Assembly (NCBI GenBank): GCA_022705365.1
Contig: JAKJEP010000004.1
Location: 1-32,709, forward strand
Reading direction: 5' to 3'
Length of the DNA: 32,709 nt
Origin: Planctomycetota bacterium
Lineage (GTDB): Bacteria > Planctomycetota > Phycisphaerae > Sedimentisphaerales > SM23-30
The notes under the pieces were generated by a model. That model searched no databases. It saw only the letters and a program-made list of their open reading frames with translations, and was not told the DNA's origin. Position numbers and translations under genes: made by a program. This document shows positions 23,358-32,479 of the stretch, piece by piece (the stretch's first letter is position 1; every line of letters starts with the position of its first letter).

Positions 23358-24288
23358 TGAACCGCAGCCCCCTCTATTCCGTCGTTGTTCCCGTGTATCG
23401 CAGCGCCAAAACCTTACCGGAATTGTATGAACGTGTGAATCAAACGTTTGCCGGGATGGAGGGGAATTATGAGTTGATTCTGGTGGAGGATGGCGGCGGC
23501 GATGAGAGCTGGCAGGTCATGCAATCGCTGCGGCAGCGGGATCCGCGGGTGAAAATCATTCGTCTGATGCGTAACTTTGGCCAGCATAACGCCCTGCTGG
23601 CAGGTTTTTCCTTTGCGTCCGGAGCTTATATCATTACGATAGATGATGACCTGCAGAATCCCCCGGAAGAAATACCCAAACTAATCGAGGCCATGCAGAA
23701 GCAAAATCAGGATGTGGTGTTTGGCATCCCCCGGGAGAAAAAACATTCGAACTGGAGAAACTGGTGCAGTCAGCTATTTCACCGTGCGGTTTCTTCCTCT
23801 TTTGATCGATTGCGTACTCCCAAAATCAGCATGTTTTGATCATGAAAAAATCGGTGATGGAAGCCATTGGGCAATTTCGCACGCCCCATCCGATTGTCGC
23901 CCTGCTGGCCCTGCGGGTAACGGAAAAAATCGGCAGCATTCAGGTGGATCATCAGGAACGCCCCAACGGGCAATCCTCTTATACGTTGAAAATTCTATTC
24001 CGCCAGTTTATGCACGGGCTTATTTATCACAGCGATCTGCCCCTGAAATGCCTCCGGTGGGCGGGGATCGGCAGTATCGGGCTGGGACTGGGGGCCGGCC
24101 TTTTTTGCTGTTTGCGTTCCGAATCCGACCTGCCGGCGAAAACCGGCGGTCCGGCGGTCCTGATTCTGCTGCCTTTGTTTTCCGGAATCCTTATCCTCTG
24201 TCTCTGGATCGTGGCAGAATATCTGCACCGGATCTTAGAGGGATTGTACCAGGGTCCTGCCTATCTGATTGGCGAGAAGGAGGTTTGA
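23354..24288 (+). pseudogene. ArnC-like family-2 glycosyltransferase (polyprenyl-phosphate sugar transferase type), split by a frameshift at a T-run
   Basis: ORF 23354-23839 encodes the GT2 catalytic half (YSVVVPVYRSAKTLPEL..., ELILVEDGGGDES, NFGQHNALLAGF, IITIDDDLQNPPEEIPKL). ORF 23836-24288, in the -1 frame, encodes the remainder, including two C-terminal TM helices and AEYLHRI. The junction is TTTT (23834-23837) followed directly by TGA. Confidence 0.7.
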
Positions 24289-24360
24289 GGCGGATATGGT
24301 CAGCCAGGGCGAAACAAGCGACAGGACCGATTATCCTCCCCCACGGCTGGAGACTGTTTT

Positions 24361-25497
24361 ATGCCTGAGGTAATGATTCCTTTTAACCGTGCGGCCCTGG
24401 AAGGCAGGGAACTGGCCTATATGGCGGAAGCGGTCGCCGGAGGGCATATTTCCGGCGATGGTCCGTTCAGCCGCCGCTGCCATGAATTTCTGGAAAGGGA
24501 ATTGGGGGTGCGCAAGGCGTTTCTGACTACTTCCTGTACCCATGCGTTGGAGATGTCGGCCCTGCTGCTGAATATCCAACCGGGGGATGAGGTGATTGTT
24601 CCCTCGTTTACGTTTGTCTCGACCGCCAATGCCTTTGCCCTGCATCAGGCCCGGCCGGTATTTGTGGATATCCGACCTGATACCCTGAATATGGATGAAA
24701 CCCGGCTGGAGGATTGTATCTCACCCCGCACGAAAGCGATTGTGCCGGTTCACTACGCAGGGGTGGGATGCGAGATGGATGTGATCCTGGAGATTGCCGG
24801 GCGGCACCGTGTGGCGGTGGTGGAAGATAATGCCCACGGACTGTTTGGAAAATATAAGGGCCGGCCTTTGGGTACCTTTGGGTGCCTGGCGACCCTGAGT
24901 TTTCACGAAACTAAAAATATCACCTGCGGGGAAGGTGGGGCGCTGCTGATTAATGACCCGCAATATATCGAACGGGCGGAAATCATACGGGAAAAAGGCA
25001 CCAATCGCAGCCAGTTATTCCGTGGGGAAGTAAACAAGTACACCTGGATGGATATTGGGTCCAGCTATCTGCCCACAGATCTGCTGGCCGGGTTTTTGTA
25101 CGCCCAACTGGAAGTCTGCGACCGGATCCAGCAGTCGCGCCGAAGGATCTGGGAGCATTATTATGGCCAGTTACATACCTGGGCTGGGGAGCATAACGTA
25201 CGATTGCCTGTCATACCGGACTCTTGCGAACATCCATCCCATTTGTTTTATCTGATCATGCCAACCCATGCCGATCGGCAGGCGATGATTGCCCACCTGC
25301 GGTCGCACGGGATTTATGCGGTGTTCCATTACCTGCCACTGCACCTTTCGGAGATGGGCAGGAAAGCCGCAGGCAAAACCACATCCTGCCCGGTCAGCGA
25401 GGCTATCAGCAGCCGATTGATTCGATTGCCCCTTTTTACCACGCTGAGGCGGGAAGAGCAGGAGAAAATCATCGAAACCGTAATGCAATTTTATTGA
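24361..25497 (+). CDS. wecE: DegT/DnrJ/EryC1 family PLP aminotransferase, WecE-like (dTDP-4-keto-6-deoxyhexose 4-aminotransferase)
   Basis: It appears collinear with E. coli WecE/RffA as I recall it: MIPFN...GDG.F.RRC..FLE...G..K..LT.SCT.ALEM.ALLL.IQPGDEVI.PS.TFVSTANAF......VFVD.RPDT.N.DE...PVHYAG..CEMD...SFHETKN...GEGGALLIND....ERAEIIREKGTNRSQ.FRG.V.KYTW.D.GSSYL. The C4 stereochemistry of the product cannot be read from the sequence. Confidence 0.85.
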   Translation: MPEVMIPFNRAALEGRELAYMAEAVAGGHISGDGPFSRRCHEFLERELGVRKAFLTTSCTHALEMSALLLNIQPGDEVIVPSFTFVSTANAFALHQARPVFVDIRPDTLNMDETRLEDCISPRTKAIVPVHYAGVGCEMDVILEIAGRHRVAVVEDNAHGLFGKYKGRPLGTFGCLATLSFHETKNITCGEGGALLINDPQYIERAEIIREKGTNRSQLFRGEVNKYTWMDIGSSYLPTDLLAGFLYAQLEVCDRIQQSRRRIWEHYYGQLHTWAGEHNVRLPVIPDSCEHPSHLFYLIMPTHADRQAMIAHLRSHGIYAVFHYLPLHLSEMGRKAAGKTTSCPVSEAISSRLIRLPLFTTLRREEQEKIIETVMQFY

Positions 25498-25545
25498 GTT
25501 GAGGATCCGGCTGGCAAACAGTCGGAATTTAAAATAATACCCAAT

Positions 25546-27072
25546 ATGGCTTGGCAGACTAACATGGACAGGTTGTCAGAAAAAAACGATAAGACCGCAA
25601 TCGGTATCCTGATGGGAGTAACGGCGATTTTTCTATTTCTGGTGATTCTGGCGGCCACGGATTGCCGGGGGTCCGATCAATACTGGTATCTGGCCGATGT
25701 GGAGACCCTGTTGCAGGGCGGCCCACCGGTTACGAATAACCTTTTTCCGGCCCAGGTGATGCTGACAGGGCAGGAGAAGCCTTATTTCATACATAACATC
25801 CTGAACCTGTATCTGGTACTGCCGGCGGCCTGGATCACCGGTTCTTTTGCGGGGTGGGTCATCACCAATGTTCTAGCCACGCTTTTGACAGCCGCACTGA
25901 TCGCCTTTCTGGTGGCCAGGATAACCGATATCTATCTGGCGGTGTGGGCGTATTCGGTGTATCTGCTGCTGCCCCTGACGCTCTGGCTGACCGCCCAGCC
26001 GCTGGCGGAAGCAACCATCGCGCCTTTTGTGGCGTTGGGAATGCTGGCCTATGAGAGGGCAGGGACAAAGCGGCGATTTTGGATCGTACTGGCGGCGGCT
26101 ATCCTGGGCGCCTTCTATTGCCGGTCCACCTATATTATCCCGTTATTTTTGCTACCCGCGGCTTATCTGTGGCAGAATCGGCCGGTTCGCAAAAATACTG
26201 TAGTACAGGCGGCGGCCTTATTGGCAGCGGCGGTGGCGGCGGCGGCGGGCCAACCCCTCCTGTTTCCGGAGAGTTTACCCATTTCCTGGAGCGGCCTGCT
26301 CAATAATGCGATTCCCGGCGTCACCGATAATATGTACAATTATTTTACCCTTTCCCCTATGGCTGTCCAGTGGGATGGCTTAGGTGGGAAATTCGCAAAT
26401 AATCTTTTGCATCATTTTTACCTACCCAATATTTCCGAACAGATTTTTTATGCCCCTTTTAACCTGCTGGCGGTTCTGGCTGCGGTTCTATTTTTCAAGA
26501 GGAAATCCGAAGTAGAGCGACGGATCAGCCAGGGTTTAGCCGTTCTTTTGCTATTACATTTTGCCACCATCGTGGTGGTCCAGAATCAATTCCGCTATCT
26601 GCTGGTGACGATACCGCCCGTATTGGCCGGCGCGGTGATTGTTTTACATAAAGCTGGCTGGTCCCCGTCAAAAAATACAAAACGGATGCTGCTAGTGGGG
26701 AGTATAGTGGTTTTGCTGATACTGAACCTGCCCCTGGTGTGGAGATTACACCAGCAAGGCATAGAGGAAAAAATATTGCGCACCACCCTGGTCCGGATGT
26801 TTGAACCGATTCCCCAGGATGAATCCGTTATGGTTGAAATCCATGATAACGATTATCAACTGATGGGGTATGTTATGAAACCCCGAATGACTCTGTTTGT
26901 ACGGGATGCATATTCCCGGGAACAGTGCCGTGAGTTGCGGGCCAGAAGCGGTGTCCAGTGGTTTATCGGGAAGCGGAATTCTCCTTTGCTGGGGCATCTT
27001 GCGATTACCGGTCCCCCGGTCATTCCAGAGCTGCCTGCTCCCTATGACCAATACGCCGTTTTTCGATTATGA
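25546..27072 (+). CDS. Polytopic membrane protein, probably a GT-C fold glycosyltransferase (ArnT/PMT-like)
   Basis: 508 aa with about 10-12 predicted TM helices and a soluble ~110-aa C-terminal domain. An acidic/aromatic motif (GSDQYWYLADVE) lies in the first extracytoplasmic loop, where GT-C enzymes carry their catalytic Asp. The call rests on architecture and context, not on strong motif identity. Confidence 0.55.
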   Translation: MAWQTNMDRLSEKNDKTAIGILMGVTAIFLFLVILAATDCRGSDQYWYLADVETLLQGGPPVTNNLFPAQVMLTGQEKPYFIHNILNLYLVLPAAWITGSFAGWVITNVLATLLTAALIAFLVARITDIYLAVWAYSVYLLLPLTLWLTAQPLAEATIAPFVALGMLAYERAGTKRRFWIVLAAAILGAFYCRSTYIIPLFLLPAAYLWQNRPVRKNTVVQAAALLAAAVAAAAGQPLLFPESLPISWSGLLNNAIPGVTDNMYNYFTLSPMAVQWDGLGGKFANNLLHHFYLPNISEQIFYAPFNLLAVLAAVLFFKRKSEVERRISQGLAVLLLLHFATIVVVQNQFRYLLVTIPPVLAGAVIVLHKAGWSPSKNTKRMLLVGSIVVLLILNLPLVWRLHQQGIEEKILRTTLVRMFEPIPQDESVMVEIHDNDYQLMGYVMKPRMTLFVRDAYSREQCRELRARSGVQWFIGKRNSPLLGHLAITGPPVIPELPAPYDQYAVFRL

Positions 27073-27100
27073 AAGGGCTGCCCGATACGGGATTGTTTTC

Positions 27101-27129
27101 TTGCTTGCGATGGATGTATATAGTATAGT
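27101..27129 (+). promoter_or_regulatory. Possible internal promoter for rmlACDB
   Basis: TTGCTT (27101-27106), a 17-nt spacer, then TATAGT (27124-27129). It lies in the 99-nt gap before rmlA. Confidence 0.35.
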
Positions 27130-27171
27130 GACACAGGTTTTGACAGGACAGATTCGTCAGGAGAAGAATGG

Positions 27172-28050
27172 ATGGTTCGAAAAGGCATAATTCTGGCAGG
27201 CGGCAGCGGCACGCGATTGTATCCCGTTACCCAGGTAGTGAGTAAACAGCTTTTGTCGGTATATGACAAACCGATGATTTATTATCCGTTGACTACCCTG
27301 ATGCTGGCGGGAATTCGGGAGATACTGGTCATCAGCACTCCGGAAGACCTGGGACTCTATCAGCGTCTGCTGGGGGATGGCGGCCAGTGGGGAATTCATC
27401 TGCAATATGCCCGGCAGCCCCGGCCGGAAGGGCTGGCTCAGGCCTTTCTGATCGGCAGGGAGTTTCTGGCCGGCGGCCCGGCCTGTCTGATTCTGGGCGA
27501 CAACATATTTTACGGACAGGGGCTGGCACAAACCCTACAGAACGCGGCCGGCCAGACGTCCGGTGCGACGATTTTTGGCTATAAGGTAAAAGACCCGCAG
27601 CGTTACGGGGTGATCGAATTTGACGGCCAGGGGAAGGTGATTTCGGTCGAGGAAAAGCCGGCCCAGCCCAAATCGTCCTTTGCGGCGGTGGGATTGTATT
27701 TTTATGATTCCCAGATTGCGGAGATTGCGGCCCGGATCAAACCGTCGGCACGGGGAGAGCTGGAGATTACCGATGTGAATGCCATGTACCTCAAGCAGGG
27801 GCAATTAAAGGTGAAGCTGCTGGGGCGGGGGACGGCCTGGCTGGATACCGGCACGGTGGATGCGATGCTGCAGGCCTCCAACTTTGTCCAGATCGTGGAA
27901 CAGCGGCAGGGGCTGAAGATTGCCTGTCCGGAAGAGATTGCCTGGCACATGGGGCTGATAGACGCCCAGCAGGTAAAGAAGCTGGCGGAACCGCTGGCGA
28001 AAAATAATTACGGGCAGTATTTGCTGTCGCTGATCGAGGGGAAAGTTTGA
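27172..28050 (+). CDS. rmlA: Glucose-1-phosphate thymidylyltransferase
   Basis: [16 protein letters not shown]...[30 protein letters not shown]...LLGDG..WG......Q..P.GLAQAF.IG..F......[17 protein letters not shown] lies upstream of the ATG. Confidence 0.95.
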   Translation: MVRKGIILAGGSGTRLYPVTQVVSKQLLSVYDKPMIYYPLTTLMLAGIREILVISTPEDLGLYQRLLGDGGQWGIHLQYARQPRPEGLAQAFLIGREFLAGGPACLILGDNIFYGQGLAQTLQNAAGQTSGATIFGYKVKDPQRYGVIEFDGQGKVISVEEKPAQPKSSFAAVGLYFYDSQIAEIAARIKPSARGELEITDVNAMYLKQGQLKVKLLGRGTAWLDTGTVDAMLQASNFVQIVEQRQGLKIACPEEIAWHMGLIDAQQVKKLAEPLAKNNYGQYLLSLIEGKV

Positions 28051-28613
28051 TGCAGGTAATCCAGACGAAATTGACCGGGGTCAGGATTTTTGAGCCGGAT
28101 GTTTTTTCCGACCAGCGCGGCTGCTTTTTTGAATCGTGGAACCGGCGGCGGTATCAGGAGATGGGGCTGGCGGAAGATTTTGTACAGGACAATGTTTCGT
28201 TTTCCCAACGAGGAGTGCTGCGGGGCCTGCATTTTCAAAATCCCCAGTCCCAGGGCAAGCTGATCCAGGTTTTACAGGGGGAGGTATTGGATGTGGCGGT
28301 GGATATCCGGGTTGGCAGCCCGACCTTCGGGGACTGGGTATCGGTGGAACTATCCGAGCAGAATCACCGGCAACTGTATATCCCGGCCGGTTTTGCCCAT
28401 GGTTTTGCGGTGGTGAGTGAAACGGTGATTTTTTCGTATAAATGCACCGATTATTATAATCATGCGGCAGAGGGCGGGGTACTGTGGAACGATCCGGATC
28501 TGGGTATCTGCTGGCCGGTCCGGGAACCTCTGTTATCCCCCAAGGACCGTACGTATCCCCGGCTGAAAGATATCCCGGCGGACCGGCTGCCGCTTTTCGA
28601 GGAGGCCCGATGA
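28047..28613 (+). CDS. rmlC: dTDP-4-dehydrorhamnose 3,5-epimerase
   Basis: F.D.RG.F.E......[14 protein letters not shown].....GKL..V..GEV.DVAVD.R..SPTFG.W....LS..N..QL.IP.GFAHGF. ATGA overlap with rmlA at 28047-28050. Confidence 0.95.
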   Translation: MMQVIQTKLTGVRIFEPDVFSDQRGCFFESWNRRRYQEMGLAEDFVQDNVSFSQRGVLRGLHFQNPQSQGKLIQVLQGEVLDVAVDIRVGSPTFGDWVSVELSEQNHRQLYIPAGFAHGFAVVSETVIFSYKCTDYYNHAAEGGVLWNDPDLGICWPVREPLLSPKDRTYPRLKDIPADRLPLFEEAR

Positions 28614-29458
28614 CCCCGTCGAAGGCCGCCATAGCGATTCTGGGAGGCCGGGGGATGCTGGGCAGGGATCTGGCCGCTGCGTGCGAGAAAAAAGGCTGGG
28701 AGATGGCCGTCTTTGACCAGCCGGAATTCGATATCCGCAATCCGGAGCAGCTTCGGGCCGTTACGGAGAAGTTCGGGGTCATTGTCAACTGTGCCGCTTA
28801 TACCAATGTGGAAAAGGCCGAAAGCGAGACAGACCTGGCCTATCAGATAAACGGGGAGGCCGTGGGACGGCTGGGGCAAATGGCAAAAGAGGCGGGGAGT
28901 TGGGTTCTGCACGTTGGTACGGATTTCGTTTTTGACGGGACCAAGGACGGGCCGTATGACGAAACCGACCCGCCGAATCCGATCAGCGTTTATGGCAGGA
29001 GCAAATGGATGGGGGAACGGCTCCTGGCGGAAAGCGGCTGCCGGCATTGCCGGATGCGCGTGCAGTGGACGTATGGGGCCGGGGGGACGAATTTTGTCAG
29101 CAAGCTGATCGCAGCGGCGGGGAAGAATCCGGTACTCAAAGTGGTGGAGGATCAGATCGGGTCTCCTACCGCCACGACCGAGGCGGCGAAAGCGATGTGT
29201 GCCTTACTGGAAAAGCGGGTGGAAGGATTGTTTCACTTTGCCAGTGACGGGTATGTGAGCCGCTATGAGATGGCGGAGTTTGTTTTTCGGAAGCTGGGGA
29301 TGGCCGTTTCGCTGGTCCGCTGTAAAACCAGCGAATTTCCGTGTGCGGCGGCCCGGCCGCTGAACAGTTGTTTTGATTGCCGGAAAATCAAAGCCGTGCT
29401 GGACGAGGCCATCCAGCCGTGGCAGGTACCGTTGGAACAATTTTTACAGAAGAGGTAA
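28610..29458 (+). CDS. rmlD: dTDP-4-dehydrorhamnose reductase
   Basis: Start at ATG 28610, overlapping the rmlC stop (ATGA). The ORF-track start at 28484 would lie inside rmlC. Sequence: ILGGRGMLGRDL...FDIRNPEQL.......VNCAAYT.V.KAE.E...A...N..A...LA......G..L.H..TD.VFDG....PY.E.D...P...YG.SK..GE. Confidence 0.9.
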   Translation: MTPSKAAIAILGGRGMLGRDLAAACEKKGWEMAVFDQPEFDIRNPEQLRAVTEKFGVIVNCAAYTNVEKAESETDLAYQINGEAVGRLGQMAKEAGSWVLHVGTDFVFDGTKDGPYDETDPPNPISVYGRSKWMGERLLAESGCRHCRMRVQWTYGAGGTNFVSKLIAAAGKNPVLKVVEDQIGSPTATTEAAKAMCALLEKRVEGLFHFASDGYVSRYEMAEFVFRKLGMAVSLVRCKTSEFPCAAARPLNSCFDCRKIKAVLDEAIQPWQVPLEQFLQKR

Positions 29459-29465
29459 GAATTTC

Positions 29466-30479
29466 ATGCGAACGATTTTAGTTACCGGCGGGGCCGGATT
29501 TATCGGGAGCAACTTTGTGCAGATGGTTTTGCAGGAACACGGAGATTACCGGGTGGTCAATCTCGACAAGCTCACCTATGCGGGGAACCTGGAAAATCTG
29601 GAAGGATTTCTGGATCATCCGAACCATATCTTTGTAAAGGGAGACATCTGCAACGGGGAGCTGATTGGAAAACTTCTAAAGGAACACGCCATTGATGCGA
29701 TCGTCCACTTCGCGGCGGAAAGCCACGTGGACCGTTCGCTGGAGGGGCCGGCGGTATTTATTGATACCAATGTAACCGGAACCTTGAAGCTGCTGGAGGC
29801 GGCCCGGGATTATCCCTTGCAGAAATTTGTACAGGTATCCACCGATGAGGTGTATGGTTCGCTGGGAACCGAGGGGAAATTTACCGAAAGCAGCCCCATC
29901 CGGCCCAATTCCCCCTACTCGGCCAGCAAGGCGGCGGCGGATCATCTGGTGCGGGCGTTCGGGCATACCTGGGGGTTACCTTATAATATTACCCGCTGTT
30001 CCAACAATTACGGGCCGTATCAGTTTCCGGAGAAGATGCTGCCGCTGATGATCAACAATGCCCTGCATGACAAGGAATTGCCGGTGTACGGGGATGGGCT
30101 GTATGTCCGGGACTGGCTGTATGTGTATGACCACTGCACGGCGGTGTGGAAGGTTTTAACGGAAGGCCGGGCGGGCGAGATATACAATATCGGCGGCTGT
30201 AATGAAAAGACGAACTTGGAAGTGATCGGAATCATTCTGGAGAGATTACAAAAGCCGAAAAGCCTGATCCGGCACGTGAAAGACCGGCCGGGGCACGATC
30301 GCCGTTATGCCATTGACGCCACCAAGATTATGACCGAGCTGGGATGGAAACCTTCGGTGACGTTTTCCCAGGGGCTCGCCAAGACCATCGAATGGTATTT
30401 GACGCATGCGAAGTGGCTGGAGCGGGTGGTATCCGGGGATTATGAGAAATATTATCAGGAGATGTATTCCGGGCGCTGA
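29466..30479 (+). CDS. rmlB: dTDP-glucose 4,6-dehydratase
   Basis: Start at ATG 29466 (MRTILVTGGAGFIGSNF); the ORF-track start at 29373 is an upstream extension into rmlD. Motifs: LDKLTYAGNLENL, HFAAESHVDRS, STDEVYG, YSASKAA.DH.V.A, RCSNNYGPYQFPEK.IP, G.G...RDWL.V.DH. Confidence 0.95.
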   Translation: MRTILVTGGAGFIGSNFVQMVLQEHGDYRVVNLDKLTYAGNLENLEGFLDHPNHIFVKGDICNGELIGKLLKEHAIDAIVHFAAESHVDRSLEGPAVFIDTNVTGTLKLLEAARDYPLQKFVQVSTDEVYGSLGTEGKFTESSPIRPNSPYSASKAAADHLVRAFGHTWGLPYNITRCSNNYGPYQFPEKMLPLMINNALHDKELPVYGDGLYVRDWLYVYDHCTAVWKVLTEGRAGEIYNIGGCNEKTNLEVIGIILERLQKPKSLIRHVKDRPGHDRRYAIDATKIMTELGWKPSVTFSQGLAKTIEWYLTHAKWLERVVSGDYEKYYQEMYSGR

Positions 30480-30530
30480 TTGGCGGCCAGGGATTCGGCA
30501 GCCGCAGTCAGGGAGCGTTGGGAATGCCGA

Positions 30531-31238
30531 TCAGGTCAGTGTCGGCAGGGCCAAGGCATAGAAGAGGTTGGCCAGGCCGTGGAATAAAACCGGAGCCACC
30601 AGCGAACGGGTGTAAACCAAAAGCCAGCCGAAGACCAGGGCGGGAAAGAAGGTAAGCAGCGCTGGTATCCCTCCTGCCTGGAGTACATGGAACAGGGCAA
30701 AAATCAAAGCAGAAATGAGTATGCCGATTCCCTGCCATACACGCGGATGGCGGGATGAGAGGCTGGTTGGCAGCCGGTGCAGCCGGCCCAGCACATAGCC
30801 GCGGAAGAAAATTTCCTCGGCGACCGCTACATAGAGGAACTGATACAGAAGCCAGGGGAGCCAGCCGTCCCGGGGGATTTGGTTTATGGCGGGCAGTCCC
30901 AGGCCCAGCCATTTCCATAGGGACAGAAGAACATAGATGAGGGGGAAGACCATCAGACAGGTCAGGAAGAGGATTTTGAGGGAAAAGCCGAGGGGGCTCA
31001 GGGTTAGCCCCAAATCCCGCCGGTTTCGACCGCGCAGAATCGTCGGGAACCCTGCCGCGGCTATCCATAGAACCGGAATACTCCACCAGTGCCAGCGGGC
31101 GGGAAATACCAGATTGATACAAAGCAGGCAGCCAGCCGCCGCGGCTATTACTACCGCGAATTCTACCATGTCGATGAAAGCCGCCTGTGTATCAGGCTTC
31201 TTCTCATCCGTTACCGATGTTTTTTCCGGGGATTGCAA
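30531..31238 (-). CDS. CPBP family intramembrane glutamic endopeptidase (CAAX protease-like)
   Basis: A polytopic membrane protein with motif 1 VAVAEEIFFRGY, motif 2 SALIFALFHV and motif 3 APVLFHGLANL. The ORF-track start is TTG at 31238; an internal ATG at 31169 is possible. Confidence 0.8.
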   Translation of the reverse strand: MQSPEKTSVTDEKKPDTQAAFIDMVEFAVVIAAAAGCLLCINLVFPARWHWWSIPVLWIAAAGFPTILRGRNRRDLGLTLSPLGFSLKILFLTCLMVFPLIYVLLSLWKWLGLGLPAINQIPRDGWLPWLLYQFLYVAVAEEIFFRGYVLGRLHRLPTSLSSRHPRVWQGIGILISALIFALFHVLQAGGIPALLTFFPALVFGWLLVYTRSLVAPVLFHGLANLFYALALPTLT

Positions 31239-31364
31239 GATTAATCATCCGATTCTTCCACGAAAATCACTTTGCTGAAAAATGGACGGATTTCGGTCTT
31301 CTCGGAACGGTATATCATTCCGATATAGTTATCCATTCCCCCCCGATGCCGTTTTTGAAACTAT

Positions 31365-32105
31365 TTATTCTCCTCCTATCTGCTGAAGATAGTACACCTG
31401 GCTTACAGGAGAAAGTGCCTGACCGATGGGACGCACAAACTCTGCAATTACCATCGCCAAGGCCGCCAAAGGGGTCGGCGGGACATAGATAATGTCCCCT
31501 TCCTGCAAGAGAACATTTTTGCTGGAATCCCCACGTTCAAGCATATCTTTATATTTGATTTCAAAGATCTTCGGTTTGACTGCCGGATCGGGGGAAGGAC
31601 GTACCACCTGAATTCTATCCGTCCAACCGGTAACCTCCGGAATAGCCTCGGCAATCGCGGTCAAAGCGGTATCGCGGCCGGTAAATACTTTGGGGCCATA
31701 CTTACGCACTTCTCCCACTACATAGTAGACTTGGCTTTTGAAAACGGTAACCCGGACCTCAATCGGATCCTCTCCTTTGAGGGAATAGAGCGAAACAGCT
31801 TTCTCTTGCAGCATATCCGCCACCATTTCCGGGGTTTGGCCGGCTACCTTGAATACCCCCAGATTTTCGAAGGCCACCCGGCCGTCCGGCCGTATCCGCT
31901 GGCGCTGGAGGTTAATTTCGGGAATTTTGACGGCATGGATTTCGATTTCATCCGGCGGCTGCAAGACATACTGTTCGGCCGTTACATCCTGCTGGTAGGG
32001 TTTCACGAAGGCCTCAATATCTTTTGGGGAAGACGAAAAACAACCGGAAAGACCGGCAAGAACCACCAATAAACTCAGCATCTGCAACATGCGGGCTGGC
32101 TTCAT
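31365..32105 (-). CDS. Polysaccharide export lipoprotein (Wza/Poly_export plus SLBB type, short form)
   Basis: Lipoprotein signal MKPARMLQMLSLLVVLAGLSGC. Poly_export-like core Y.L.P.DEI.I.......L......I.PDGRV.F..LG.FKVAGQTPEM. SLBB-like end N..LQEGDIIYVP. GGAG lies 6 nt upstream of the ATG. Confidence 0.8.
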   Translation of the reverse strand: MKPARMLQMLSLLVVLAGLSGCFSSSPKDIEAFVKPYQQDVTAEQYVLQPPDEIEIHAVKIPEINLQRQRIRPDGRVAFENLGVFKVAGQTPEMVADMLQEKAVSLYSLKGEDPIEVRVTVFKSQVYYVVGEVRKYGPKVFTGRDTALTAIAEAIPEVTGWTDRIQVVRPSPDPAVKPKIFEIKYKDMLERGDSSKNVLLQEGDIIYVPPTPLAALAMVIAEFVRPIGQALSPVSQVYYLQQIGGE

Positions 32106-32166
32106 ATGCGACTCCTTACTATACGCTAAATTTGTAACAGCGAACCACTGAAAAAGACTAAACTTT

Positions 32167-32196
32167 AGTATAATCGATTTTACTATCGTTTGTCAA
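32167..32196 (-). promoter_or_regulatory. Sigma70-type promoter for the polysaccharide export gene
   Basis: On the minus strand: TTGACA (complement of 32191-32196), an 18-nt spacer, then TATACT (complement of 32167-32172). It lies about 60 nt upstream of the start at 32105. Confidence 0.4.
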
Positions 32197-32479
32197 GACG
32201 GAAGAATGACGGTGCCATAAAATCTAAGTATATTTCTAGCAGAAGGTTAGATAGAAAGCCAGCCTGCCGTTATGGCAGAGGGGAAAAATCTTATAGCCAG
32301 GAAGCCCCCATCGGACGGCAGGCGTCATTGGGAATGTGCTCAGTATGAAACTGGCAAACCAACTTACCTAAAGTATTGAGAACGCAACGCCCGATAATAA
32401 ATATGAGAAGAAATCGGATGGATAGTGTGTCAAGGCGAACCTACTGGAAAAGAAGAAATTGGAAAAAACCACGGGAATC

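Noticed and set aside
23712-24368. 218-aa + strand ORF crossing the GT2 frameshift region
   Set aside because: It is in a third frame overlapping both GT2 halves. The product is Arg/Gly/Pro-rich with no motif. The two other frames together reconstruct a complete ArnC-like protein.
28484-28609. Upstream extension of rmlD (track ORF start 28484), and similarly of rmlB (track ORF 29373-30479, extension 29373-29465)
   Set aside because: The extensions lie inside the preceding genes and add non-homologous residues. The canonical N-termini (ILGGRGMLG, and MRTILVTGGAGFIGS for rmlB) begin at ATG 28610 and ATG 29466.
28081-28788. 235-aa minus-strand ORF
   Set aside because: It is antisense to rmlC and rmlD, which are unambiguous. 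The product is Pro/Gly/Ser-rich, typical of a shadow frame.
30508-31122. 204-aa minus-strand ORF overlapping the CPBP gene in another frame
   Set aside because: The alternative frame 30531-31238 carries all three CPBP signature motifs and hydrophobic TM segments. This frame is Pro/Arg/Gly-rich.
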